A model generated the notes under the pieces. That model searched no databases. It saw nothing but the letters and a program-made list of their open reading frames with translations, and had not been told where the DNA came from. A stretch of DNA of 64,000 nt from an uncultured delta proteobacterium (GTDB lineage Bacteria > Desulfobacterota > Binatia > UBA9968). Position numbers and translations under genes: made by a program. Every line of letters starts with the position of its first letter. Position 1 is the stretch's first letter. The stretch lies in contig CAVSHR010000009.1 in NCBI GenBank assembly GCA_963727625.1, positions 288,001 through 352,000 on the forward strand, read 5' to 3'. Shown piece after piece: positions 18,552-27,935 of the stretch.

Positions 18552-19292
18552 TTATTGAGCCGCAAGGCTTTGGCTATAAAGACGAATTTGGGAGGGGAAA
18601 ATCTGAACGAATTGAACCAGCACACAGCTAGCGTGTTGGGGGGTAAAAACTGAATAGCCTACATAAAAGAGGTGCGAGTTCATTTCTGGATTGCTTTGGC
18701 CGGTATTCGCGTTCGAAATGTGCTGGAGCTTGTACCCGAGCGTAACCGCACTTTTTGGCGCGAGAAAAAACTGCACGCCTCAACTGACTTCCGGTGTAAA
18801 ATTAAAACGCGCTGAATGCGGAACCGGGATGTCGTATTGGAAATAAAGAAATCCGACGCTTGCCGCCACAAACGGTTTGATCCAGCTCTGCTGTCCAAAA
18901 TTAAGCTTGAAGCCCAAGGGAAAAAGACCGGCTCCGTAAATGCTCGAGCTTCCCCGTCGGACATGGTCAGGCTCGAACACCACCGCTGCGGGAAGGATAT
19001 CCAGTGTGTATTCTAGAGTGATCGAATCCCATGCCGCCAGTATCTGGCCGTAACGAAGCGCGGCCATAAGAAGTTTCCTGTCATCAACGTTGCCTATAAT
19101 TTTTGAGGAAACCGGGGGTCCATCCGCCCAAAAACCGAATTCATTATCGCCTTTGGTCAAAGCGTAAGCACCGGTCGCTGACGCTGGCTCGGCACTGTAA
19201 AGGATCGACTTATGGGAAAAGACCACGCAGACCATTACCACCGCGATCAGGCCGAAACGCTGCCACCGACCCAAGGCCTCAACCTTTCCCAT
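18552..19292 (-). pseudogene. Acyloxyacyl hydrolase / PagL-like lipid A 3-O-deacylase beta-barrel with an in-frame TGA
   Basis: The two ORFs share one frame: FNFTPEVS*GVQFF...YKLQHISNANTGQSNP. HISNA is the PagL catalytic motif. TGA at 18780-18782. Confidence 0.8.
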
Positions 19293-19522
19293 TTTTCACT
19301 CCCTATGCTCGTAATGCCTGTTTAACCAAGATGCCTTGGCCTTAAGTTAGTGTACAGAAAGGAATGGCCGATAAAAGGGGGGCAAACTTGATTGCTTCGG
19401 CAACGAACTTCCGAGACGACTCCCGGCGCCAGCCACGCCAGCGGGGTAAAATCTCCTGAATGAAATTGATGGAGAATAGAGTTCAGTCTTGGGAGCTCTT
19501 CATCGCTTATCTGTATTGGTCA

Positions 19523-22500
19523 TTACGAGACCGGGCTCTCCGGCAATGTGAAGCTGAAAGTCGAGCCTTTGCCGACCTCGCTCTCTACCCAGATCTTTCC
19601 GCCATGCAGCTCGACAAACTTCTTGGCCAAGGTTAATCCCAGTCCCGTCCCTTCAACCTTCTTGGCATTGTCAGTGCCCACTTGGCGAAACTCCTCGAAG
19701 ATCTTGAGCTGGTCTTCCGGTGAGATTCCAATCCCGGTGTCGCTCACCGAGATTTGCACCTCGCCGTCGGTCTGCTTCGCTTCAATGCCGATCCGTCCCC
19801 CCTCCGGGGTGAACTTCACCGCGTTGGAGAGCAGATTGAGTAAAATCTGTTTGATCTTGCGCTCATCACCCATGAATTCCCCAAGGCGCTCGTCAATGGC
19901 AACGTCGAGATTGATGCCGTGCTTGGTGGCTCTCTCCCTGACAAAAGTCCGGGTGTTCTCGATCGCCAAAGGCAGATCGAATGTAGTTACCTCCAGCTCC
20001 ATGCGCCCGGCCTCGACCTTGGACAGATCGAGAATTTCGTTGATGAGAGACAATAGATGGCGGCCCGAGGTGAGAATATCGTCGGTGTACTCGGCTTGCT
20101 TTTCGTTTAGCTCACCGAACAGCTTTTCCTGCAGGACTTCCGAAAAGCCGATGATGGCGTTGAGCGGAGTTCTAAGCTCGTGGGACATGTTGGCTAAGAA
20201 CTCGGACTTGTGCCGGTTTGCGGCTTCGATCTGCTGGTTCTTCTCTTCGATCTCCCGAAACAGCCGGGCGTTGTGGATCGCCATGACCGACTGGGTGGCG
20301 AAGGTCTGGAGCAGATGGATCACTTCAGGAGGGAAGCTCCCCGGCGTGCGGCGGAAAATCGTCAAACCACCCATGATCCGACTCTCGCGAAATAGTGGGA
20401 CGGACAGCAGGGACCGGTAACCGAGTTCTCGCAACAACGGTCGCAATCGTAGCGAAGTTGCATCCCTCTCATCTTGAATGTCTAGGATTTCTACCGGTGC
20501 TTCATTAAGCGCGGCTTGTCCCAAGGGCCCGCCGCCGAGGCGAATGGGGTTGGCCTGCAGGGCGTCGACAAACTGGTTGTCGATCTGATAGCTGCCCCGA
20601 AGATTGAACTCTTCGCTGGCCTCGTCGTACTCGTAGATCGCCCCACCGGCCGCTCCAGTGAGCTGCACGGCGTGGGAGGCAATGCGCGTCAACACGGTCT
20701 CAACATCCAACGTCGAGCTGACCGTTTGGCCGACTTCTCCCAACGCCTTGAGTTCTCCGACGGAACGCGCGAGCTCTTGCGTTCGTGCCTGCAGCTCTTG
20801 GAAAAGCCTCACGTTCTCGATGGCGATGACCGCTTGACTGGCAAAAGTTTCCAACAGTTTGATTTGGCTATCGGAGAAGGGTCGGACCTCCATGCGGCGG
20901 ATGCCGATAACGCCAATAGGGACGCCTTTGCGTAGCAATGGGGTACCAAGCAGAGTTCGAGCACCCTTCTGCGGACTACCGCTCTCAGGAAATTCGCCTG
21001 CGACTTGTGCGATGTCAGGAACGTGAATGGTTTTACCCTCGAGGACAACTCGGCCCCTTAAGGTCTGGGCGCTAATCACGCGGTCTCTGAACGCCGGCAA
21101 ACTCCCGAATGATGCCGCGAGTCGAAGAACGTCACCCTCAACCCGGTGGATATGCACGTCGTCCGCAGCGCACAACCGGGCGGCGTTCTTAGCCACGGTA
21201 TCGAGCACCGGCTGAATATCCGTCGGCGAGCTGGCGATCACACCCAATATTTCGCTCGTTGCCGTCTGCTGTTCCAAGGCTTCGGTGAGGTCACGATTGC
21301 GCAGCTGCAATTCCTTAAATAAGCGGACGTTTTCGATGGCGATCACCGCTTGATCCGCGAAAGTTTTGACCAGCTCAATCTGCCGGTCCGTAAACGCTTC
21401 GACAAAATCGCGCCAGATCGTAATCGTTCCGGTTGCCACCCCTTCGCGCAGGAGCGGCACAATGAGCATCGTTCGCGCATGAGCTTGTGCTCTCGCGGAA
21501 GAGTAAGATGGCTCCGCTTGCGCGTCCAAAACGTGGACTGGTTTCTTCTCAAATAATGCGCGGCTGCTCATACTCCCTGGACGCGGATTTTGAGGCAATC
21601 GGATAAGAGCCTCCATAACATCGGGACTCTCGTTATAATGTGCGACGTACTTAAGAAGCTCGTTATCGTACTGCCGAATGTGACCTCTTGTTGCCCCAGA
21701 TAGTTTTACCGCATTGGCGAGCAGGGCATCGAGCACCGGTTGTAGTTCCGTGGGGGATCCGGCAATAACACGCAGCACTTCGCTCGTAACCGTTTGCTGC
21801 TCCAACGCCTCCTTGAGTTCGTTGAATAAACGCACGTTTTCGATGGCGATTACCGCCTGGTCAGCAAAGCTTTTAACCAAAGCAATCTGCTTAACTGTGA
21901 ATGGAGCAACTTCCGTGCGGGTAAAACCTATTGCGCCGATGGGAACGCCTTCGCGCATCAATGGAACGCCAAGCATGCTGCGATAGCCATGTGCCAGGCC
22001 TCTACTTTTAGGAAATTCTGCCGCGACTGCCTGGAAATCAGGAATCTGAACGGTTTCACAGTCAACAATCACTCGCCCGTAAACCGAGTTGCGATCTACG
22101 ACGCACTCCGTTCCGACCCGGCTCTGGGTACCCGTTCTATTAGTCGCTGCAATGCGATAGATATCCCCTTCGACCAAAGCGACAGTCGCGTCGATAGCGC
22201 CGCATACGCGCGCAGCGTTTCTGACGACCGTCTCCAACACCGGCTGAATATCCGTCGGCGAGCTGGCGATCACGCCCAAGATTTCACTCGTCGCCGTCTG
22301 CTGCTCCAAAGACTCCTTCAACTCGTTGAACAGCCGGACGTTCTCGATGGCAATCACAGCCTGAGCGGCGAAGGTTTCGAGCAGCTTTACTTGCTTTTCG
22401 GTAAATGGCCGGACTTCGGTTCGACGGATGACTATCGACCCAGTAGGTTCCCCCTGACGAATGAGCGGCGTTGCCAAGACGGTGCGAACTCCCGTGACTT

Positions 22501-23470
22501 GATTCATGCTCTTCGAGTCAGGGTATTCCATGTCGATTTCGGCGGCGACATCGAGCACATGGATCGTCCGCTTATCGATCAAAGCCCGGCCCCCGACAAA
22601 GCGGCGACTGATCGGCAGCGAATCTGCGATCACGGGGATAGAACCATGTCTGGCTACGAGATGGGCGCGTTCATCCAGCTCCCGATAAATCAACGCGTCA
22701 TTAGCTTCACAGAGCCGCGCTGCGTTCTCGGCAACCACATTCAGCACCGGTTGAATGTCGGTCGGTGAGCTGGCGATAACGCCAAGGATCTCACTCGTGG
22801 CGGTTTGCTGCTCCAATGACTCCTTGAGTTCGTTGAACAGCCGTGCGTTCTCGATCGCGATCACGGCTTGATCGGCAAAAGTCTCAAGCAACTTGATTTG
22901 ACCGTCTGAGAAAGGACGAACTTCTTTTCTGCGAATCTGGATACAGCCGACTGCATGGTTTTCATGGAGCAGCGGTGCTGCCAGCACAGTACGCACTCCC
23001 ATAGCAATTCCCCGTGACCTGGCACCCGGGAACTCTCCCTCGCTCGCAACCAGATCATGGACATGGATCGTCCTGACCTCGACGATGGTCCGGCCCGGAG
23101 GTGTGCTTGGACTTATGGGATGGCTTTGCCCTATTTCAGTAACCATCGGGATTAACCCAAAGTGCGATAGCAATCGTTGGTTTTGGCCGTCAACGCGCCA
23201 CACTGCTGCGTCGTCCGCGCCGCAAACGAGAGCGGCATTTTCGGCAATTTTGTCCAACACAGTCTGTAGATCGATGGCCGGACCCGCAATGGCTCGGAGC
23301 ACCTCACGGGTGGCGTTTTTCTGCAACTGAGATTCAGCAAGTTCCTGCCTCAGTACTTTGTTCTCTTTAACGAGTGCCGCAAGTCGATCCTTGAGAGCTG
23401 CCCCGGGCGTCTTTTGGCTCCGGCGCCGCACCTTTGGCTTTGCTTTGGAAGATTTTCTTTTGGAAGCCAT
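19523..23470 (-). CDS. Cytoplasmic sensor histidine kinase with six tandem GAF domains
   Basis: Six F(A)xQ(A/S)VxAI(E/H)NxRLF GAF ends, SHELRTPL H-box, [16 protein letters not shown] and GTGLGL. Confidence 0.95.
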   Translation of the reverse strand: MASKRKSSKAKPKVRRRSQKTPGAALKDRLAALVKENKVLRQELAESQLQKNATREVLRAIAGPAIDLQTVLDKIAENAALVCGADDAAVWRVDGQNQRLLSHFGLIPMVTEIGQSHPISPSTPPGRTIVEVRTIHVHDLVASEGEFPGARSRGIAMGVRTVLAAPLLHENHAVGCIQIRRKEVRPFSDGQIKLLETFADQAVIAIENARLFNELKESLEQQTATSEILGVIASSPTDIQPVLNVVAENAARLCEANDALIYRELDERAHLVARHGSIPVIADSLPISRRFVGGRALIDKRTIHVLDVAAEIDMEYPDSKSMNQVTGVRTVLATPLIRQGEPTGSIVIRRTEVRPFTEKQVKLLETFAAQAVIAIENVRLFNELKESLEQQTATSEILGVIASSPTDIQPVLETVVRNAARVCGAIDATVALVEGDIYRIAATNRTGTQSRVGTECVVDRNSVYGRVIVDCETVQIPDFQAVAAEFPKSRGLAHGYRSMLGVPLMREGVPIGAIGFTRTEVAPFTVKQIALVKSFADQAVIAIENVRLFNELKEALEQQTVTSEVLRVIAGSPTELQPVLDALLANAVKLSGATRGHIRQYDNELLKYVAHYNESPDVMEALIRLPQNPRPGSMSSRALFEKKPVHVLDAQAEPSYSSARAQAHARTMLIVPLLREGVATGTITIWRDFVEAFTDRQIELVKTFADQAVIAIENVRLFKELQLRNRDLTEALEQQTATSEILGVIASSPTDIQPVLDTVAKNAARLCAADDVHIHRVEGDVLRLAASFGSLPAFRDRVISAQTLRGRVVLEGKTIHVPDIAQVAGEFPESGSPQKGARTLLGTPLLRKGVPIGVIGIRRMEVRPFSDSQIKLLETFASQAVIAIENVRLFQELQARTQELARSVGELKALGEVGQTVSSTLDVETVLTRIASHAVQLTGAAGGAIYEYDEASEEFNLRGSYQIDNQFVDALQANPIRLGGGPLGQAALNEAPVEILDIQDERDATSLRLRPLLRELGYRSLLSVPLFRESRIMGGLTIFRRTPGSFPPEVIHLLQTFATQSVMAIHNARLFREIEEKNQQIEAANRHKSEFLANMSHELRTPLNAIIGFSEVLQEKLFGELNEKQAEYTDDILTSGRHLLSLINEILDLSKVEAGRMELEVTTFDLPLAIENTRTFVRERATKHGINLDVAIDERLGEFMGDERKIKQILLNLLSNAVKFTPEGGRIGIEAKQTDGEVQISVSDTGIGISPEDQLKIFEEFRQVGTDNAKKVEGTGLGLTLAKKFVELHGGKIWVESEVGKGSTFSFTLPESPVS

Positions 23471-23810
23471 CTGGTAAACCTCCAAAATAAAAAATCCGGG
23501 CTGGGGGCAGTCCCCAATCCGGGCAACCGTGTAGCACCCATCATGGATGTGTCTGGCTTGAGTGCTCTGCCTGTGCCTGCTTAGTGAGGATAGACTGGTT
23601 TTTATCTATGACATGCGCTGAGCCACGGTCAAGGCGGAAAATTCACATACTGAACCGACATCTTTTGGGGCCAACATCAGTTATTCGCCCTGGAATTTGA
23701 TTGAATTGAAAAACGCTTCGTGCAACTCAAAACCGCTTGGGCAGGTCGAAAGGAAGTTTAGCTCCCGGTAAAGGTTGCCGTGAAACGATTCTCTGATTAG
23801 ACTCCAAGCG

Positions 23811-26489
23811 ATGGCCAGTAAAAGCCCAAAGCAAGCCGAGAAGAAATCTGACCGCAAAGCAACCAGCGCTGCCAAAGCAGACGCGCACAAGGTGCTGCTC
23901 CTCGACGGCCATTCCCTCGCCTTCCGCGCTTTTTTCGCCCTGCCCGATACCCTGGTCACGTCTTCAGGGCAGGTGACCAACGCCGTTTACGGCTTTACCT
24001 CGATGCTGATCAAGCTGCTCGCCGACGAGCGGCCTCAGGGCGTGGTCGTTTGTTTCGACAAGGGCGCGCCGCAGTTTCGCCTCGATCGCTATGCCGACTA
24101 CAAGGCCGGGCGGGCGGAGACCCCGGAGTTGTTCAAACAGCAGCTGCCGTTGATCCGCGAAGTGCTCGCGAGCCTGCGGATTCCCATGGTCGAGCTCGAA
24201 GGCTACGAAGCCGACGATCTGCTGGCCACCTTGACCCAGCACGCGCGCGAAGAAGGCTGCGAGGTGATTGTCGTCACCGGCGACCGCGATATTCTGCAGC
24301 TGGTGCGCGACGGCGTCTCGGTCGTCATGACCCGCCGCGGTATCTCCGACGTGATCCGTTACGATACCCCCACCGTGCTCGAGCGCTACGGCGTGACGCC
24401 GGAACAGTGGATCGATTTTGTCGCACTCAAGGGCGAAGCTTCGGACAATCTGCCGGGCGTGCCCGGCGTCGGCGACAAGACGGCGGCCCAGCTGATCAAC
24501 AAATACGGCGACATCGAGCAGGTAATCGCCCATGCCGACGAGCTCAAGCCGAAGCTAAGCGAATCGATCAAAAAACATGCCGACCAGGTTCGGATCAACA
24601 AGGAGCTTGGCTGCTTGCTCAACAACGTGCCGCTCGATCTCGATCCGGCTAAACTCCGCCTGGAGGCATGGGACGACGAAGCGGTGCGCAATCTTTTTCT
24701 CTCGCTCGAGCTTCGCACCCTGCACGAGCGGCTGAAGGAGATCAAATTTCATGGCTCCGACGCCGCGACACTCGGCCTCGAAATTAACTCGATGACCGAG
24801 TTCACCTCAGAAACTGAATTGATTCCGGACGAAGTCGTAGCGCTGGCGTGGAATGAGGACTGGCTCGCCGTGAGCGACCGAACCGGCGACGCGCGCTTTC
24901 TGCCTTTTGCCAACGCGCTGAACCGCCTTGCCGGGTGTCTCAAAGATCCCAACCGGCAAAAAATCGCCCATGACGCCAAAGCGCTTTTCCGCGCTGGGCT
25001 CAACGCCAGCGTCGATATCCAGGGTTTCCACTGTGATACCAAACTCGCCGCCTATCTCCTCGAACCCGGCGCTTCGTCAGGATACACCCTGCGCGATACC
25101 GTGCGTCGTTATCTCGGCGTGAGTCTCGACGCGGAGAAAAGCGAGCCGCAGGCAGGCGAGCAAGGCACGCTGTCATTTGCCGACGACGAAAAGCAACGTG
25201 TGTGCCGGGAAGCGGTCGCGGTCCGCGCCCTGGCGCCGGTTATGGAGGAGCAACTCCGCGCGCAAGGCGTCTGGGAGCTTGCGACTGCGCTGGAATTTCC
25301 GTTGATCGCCGTGCTTGCGCGCATGGAGCAAGCCGGCATTCTCGTCGACCGCGACTATCTCGACAAGCTCAACTCCGACTTCGGCCAAAAGGTGACCCGC
25401 CTGGAGCAAACGATTCAAGAGCTCGCCGGCGAAGAATTCAACGTGAACTCCAACGTCCAGCTGCAGCGTATTCTCTTCGACAAACTTAGCCTGCCGAAAA
25501 CCCGAAAAATCAAAACCGGCTACTCCACGGACGCGGCGGAGCTGGAAAAGCTCGTCGGGCGCCATCCGATCGTCGCCTCGCTGGTCGACTACCGCGAAGT
25601 GTCAAAGCTCAAGAACGGTTTCACCGAGATGCTGCTCGGCCTCATCGATCCCGAGACCCGGCGCATCCACACCACCTACGAGCAAACCACGGCCGCCACC
25701 GGGCGACTATCATCGACCGCGCCCAACTTGCAAAACGTTCCGATTCGCGGCGAGCTTGGACGGCAAATTCGCCGCGCTTTCATCGCCCCGCCCGGGCACG
25801 TGCTGCTTTCGGCGGATTATTCGCAGATCGAGCTGCGCGTACTGGCGCATCTCTGCGAGGACGAGACCTTTTGCCAGGCGTTCGCCCAGGGGCATGACTT
25901 CCACGCGACCATCGCCGCCAAAGTTTTCGGCGTTTCTTTGAAGGACGTGACTTCGGAGATGCGCAACCAGGTCAAACAGTTTTCTTATGGCATCGCGTAT
26001 GGAATGTCGACCTACGGCGTCTCGCAGCGGCTTGGCGTCGAAATGGATGAAGCGGCGAGCTTCGTCGAAACCTACTACGCGCAATTTCCGAAGGTAAAAG
26101 AATTTCTCGCCGCCCAGGTGGAGAAGGCAAAGGTCGACGGATTCACCACGACCCTGTTCGGCCGGCGCCGCTACCTGCCGGAATTGCAGTCCTCCAATTT
26201 TCGCCTGCGCGCCTTGGGCGAGCGCATGGCGCTCAACGCGCCGATCCAGGGGAGCGCCGCCGACATTCTCAAGCAGGCGATGATCAACGTCGACGCGGCA
26301 CTGCGCAGAGAGCCGGTCGCGAAAATGCTGCTTACGGTTCACGACGAGCTGGTCTTTGAGGTGGCGGAAGACAAGCTCGCTCGAGCGCGCGCGGTGATCG
26401 AAAGAGAAATGACCCACGCCACCGATCTCCGCTGCGGCTTGTCCGTGGAAGTGCACAGCGGCGCCAATTGGGCCGATGCCCACGCGTAG
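23811..26489 (+). CDS. polA: DNA polymerase I
   Basis: 5'-3' exonuclease motifs (EADD, TGDRD, SDNLPGVPGVG), TGRLSS, DYSQIELR, NAPIQG and VHDE. Confidence 0.98.
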   Translation: MASKSPKQAEKKSDRKATSAAKADAHKVLLLDGHSLAFRAFFALPDTLVTSSGQVTNAVYGFTSMLIKLLADERPQGVVVCFDKGAPQFRLDRYADYKAGRAETPELFKQQLPLIREVLASLRIPMVELEGYEADDLLATLTQHAREEGCEVIVVTGDRDILQLVRDGVSVVMTRRGISDVIRYDTPTVLERYGVTPEQWIDFVALKGEASDNLPGVPGVGDKTAAQLINKYGDIEQVIAHADELKPKLSESIKKHADQVRINKELGCLLNNVPLDLDPAKLRLEAWDDEAVRNLFLSLELRTLHERLKEIKFHGSDAATLGLEINSMTEFTSETELIPDEVVALAWNEDWLAVSDRTGDARFLPFANALNRLAGCLKDPNRQKIAHDAKALFRAGLNASVDIQGFHCDTKLAAYLLEPGASSGYTLRDTVRRYLGVSLDAEKSEPQAGEQGTLSFADDEKQRVCREAVAVRALAPVMEEQLRAQGVWELATALEFPLIAVLARMEQAGILVDRDYLDKLNSDFGQKVTRLEQTIQELAGEEFNVNSNVQLQRILFDKLSLPKTRKIKTGYSTDAAELEKLVGRHPIVASLVDYREVSKLKNGFTEMLLGLIDPETRRIHTTYEQTTAATGRLSSTAPNLQNVPIRGELGRQIRRAFIAPPGHVLLSADYSQIELRVLAHLCEDETFCQAFAQGHDFHATIAAKVFGVSLKDVTSEMRNQVKQFSYGIAYGMSTYGVSQRLGVEMDEAASFVETYYAQFPKVKEFLAAQVEKAKVDGFTTTLFGRRRYLPELQSSNFRLRALGERMALNAPIQGSAADILKQAMINVDAALRREPVAKMLLTVHDELVFEVAEDKLARARAVIEREMTHATDLRCGLSVEVHSGANWADAHA

Positions 26490-26600
26490 GGCTCCGAACC
26501 GAGAAATTCGCATGTCCCACCCCCGGCGTCGCACTCCTGGGGCGTGTTGCGTCTGTTTGACAGATTGCTCAAACGTTTGGATTAGCGATTTCTTTTGTTA

Positions 26601-26694
26601 GTCTGCTAGGCAGAGGCGGTAGCACGGCGTCGGCGGATCAAGGAAAGCGCCGAGCAGGGAGAGGAAACCCATCTCCACAGCCTAGGGCGCAGGC
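26601..26694 (+). ncRNA. Candidate structured RNA (multi-stem junction), family not recognised
   Basis: CTAGGC (26606-11) pairs with GCCTAG (26680-85). It encloses TCGGCG/CGCCGA (26630-35/26648-53) and GGAGA/TCTCC (26658-62/26672-76). Confidence 0.35.
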
Positions 26695-26760
26695 ACCGAG
26701 ACTTTACGGCGCATCGTTCACTCGCTTGTATACGGCCGAATTGCCGATAAAAATCTGACC

Positions 26761-27012
26761 ATGCCGGCATACGAAATCCACGTTCATTGCGCCGACTGTG
26801 GCGGCGAGCATCCCCTTCTCATGAAAGTCTATATTGAGAACGGCCCGGACGGTAAACAAAGCATAGCCGAATCCTTCCGTGAACGCCCCCTCCCCCCGCA
26901 GCTATTGGCTATCAAAGGCCGAAATGCTCTGTGCCTGAAAACGGGAAGGAAGTTCAAGGTAGAAAACGATGAGCAAATACTTTTGGTGCCGCCTTCGCCT
27001 CTTCCACGATAG
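26761..27012 (+). CDS. Small putative Zn-binding protein
   Basis: CxxC-x3-H plus a later C-x-x-T-G-x-x-F knuckle. Confidence 0.65.
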   Translation: MPAYEIHVHCADCGGEHPLLMKVYIENGPDGKQSIAESFRERPLPPQLLAIKGRNALCLKTGRKFKVENDEQILLVPPSPLPR

Positions 27013-27216
27013 CGCCATCCACTGACAGATTCGTGCTTTTAGATACTGTCCGGTCGTGGATAGGGCGGGAAGAAAGCGGTCAAGCACTGTTTGGCTCATT
27101 CGCTGATTACGCTCTCTAAGAATCGCGACTCACCGGAAACCGTCTAGAAATGGCGAGCCCCTCACGTGAACCTCTTCCGGCCTTTTGCAAAAAACTGCTG
27201 GGCTGACCATGAGTGA

Positions 27217-27924
27217 GTGAAACCCATGGTCTCCATCATCATCCCCGTGTGCAATGACGCCGAGGCCCTTTGTCTAACGCTCGATCATTTGCAACGCCTG
27301 CGACGGATCGAAGGGGCGGAAATTATTGTCGCCGCATGGGGGCAAAGGGAAAAAACGGAAAAGGCCGTTGCCGGGCGCGGCAAAATCATATGGCCCGGCC
27401 AATCGACACGCGCGGCCTTGATGAACGCCGGAGCATCCGTCGCATTCGGCGACATTGTTTTCTTTTTACACGCGGATTCGTTCCCGCCGCTGGACGCCCT
27501 CGTCGAAGTCGAAGCGGCCCTGCGGGATCCCAGGATCGTTGGAGGAGCCTTCGAGCATCGTTTCCAGGAAAAGCTGTGGAGCTTAAAGTTCATCAGCTGG
27601 ATCAACCGGCGACGCTATTTTTTTTCGCGCAATTATTATGGCGACCAAGGGATCTTCGTGCGCGCCGACGTTTTTCGCCTAATTGGCGGTTATCGCGATT
27701 TGTTCATGGAGGACTTGGATTTTAGCCAGCGGGTTAAAAAGGTAGGGCGAACCAAGCTCATTCCTCTTCCTCTGGTCACGTCGGGCCGGCGCTTCATCGC
27801 CTGGGGACCGTGGCGGGCTCTTGCATTTATCGTATGGCTGCTTTTGTTGCATTCCCTGAGGCTTGACACCCAGCGCTATGCCGGTCATTGGAACGCGCGC
27901 GAAGGCCGGAATGTCAAAGCGTGA
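27217..27924 (+). CDS. Family 2 glycosyltransferase (TIGR04283-like, rSAM/selenodomain-associated)
   Basis: VSIIIP, RAALMNAGA, FLHAD, YGDQGIFV, MED and TSGRRF motifs. Confidence 0.88.
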   Translation: MKPMVSIIIPVCNDAEALCLTLDHLQRLRRIEGAEIIVAAWGQREKTEKAVAGRGKIIWPGQSTRAALMNAGASVAFGDIVFFLHADSFPPLDALVEVEAALRDPRIVGGAFEHRFQEKLWSLKFISWINRRRYFFSRNYYGDQGIFVRADVFRLIGGYRDLFMEDLDFSQRVKKVGRTKLIPLPLVTSGRRFIAWGPWRALAFIVWLLLLHSLRLDTQRYAGHWNAREGRNVKA

Positions 27925-27935
27925 GAGTTCTCACA

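Noticed and set aside
21240-22870. Recurrent ~90-bp DNA repeats
   Set aside because: They encode the conserved inter-GAF linkers of the kinase.
17495-24071. Integrase-type genomic island using the polA 5' end as att site
   Set aside because: No recombinase is present, and the adhesin 5' end is duplicated too, which fits tandem duplication better.
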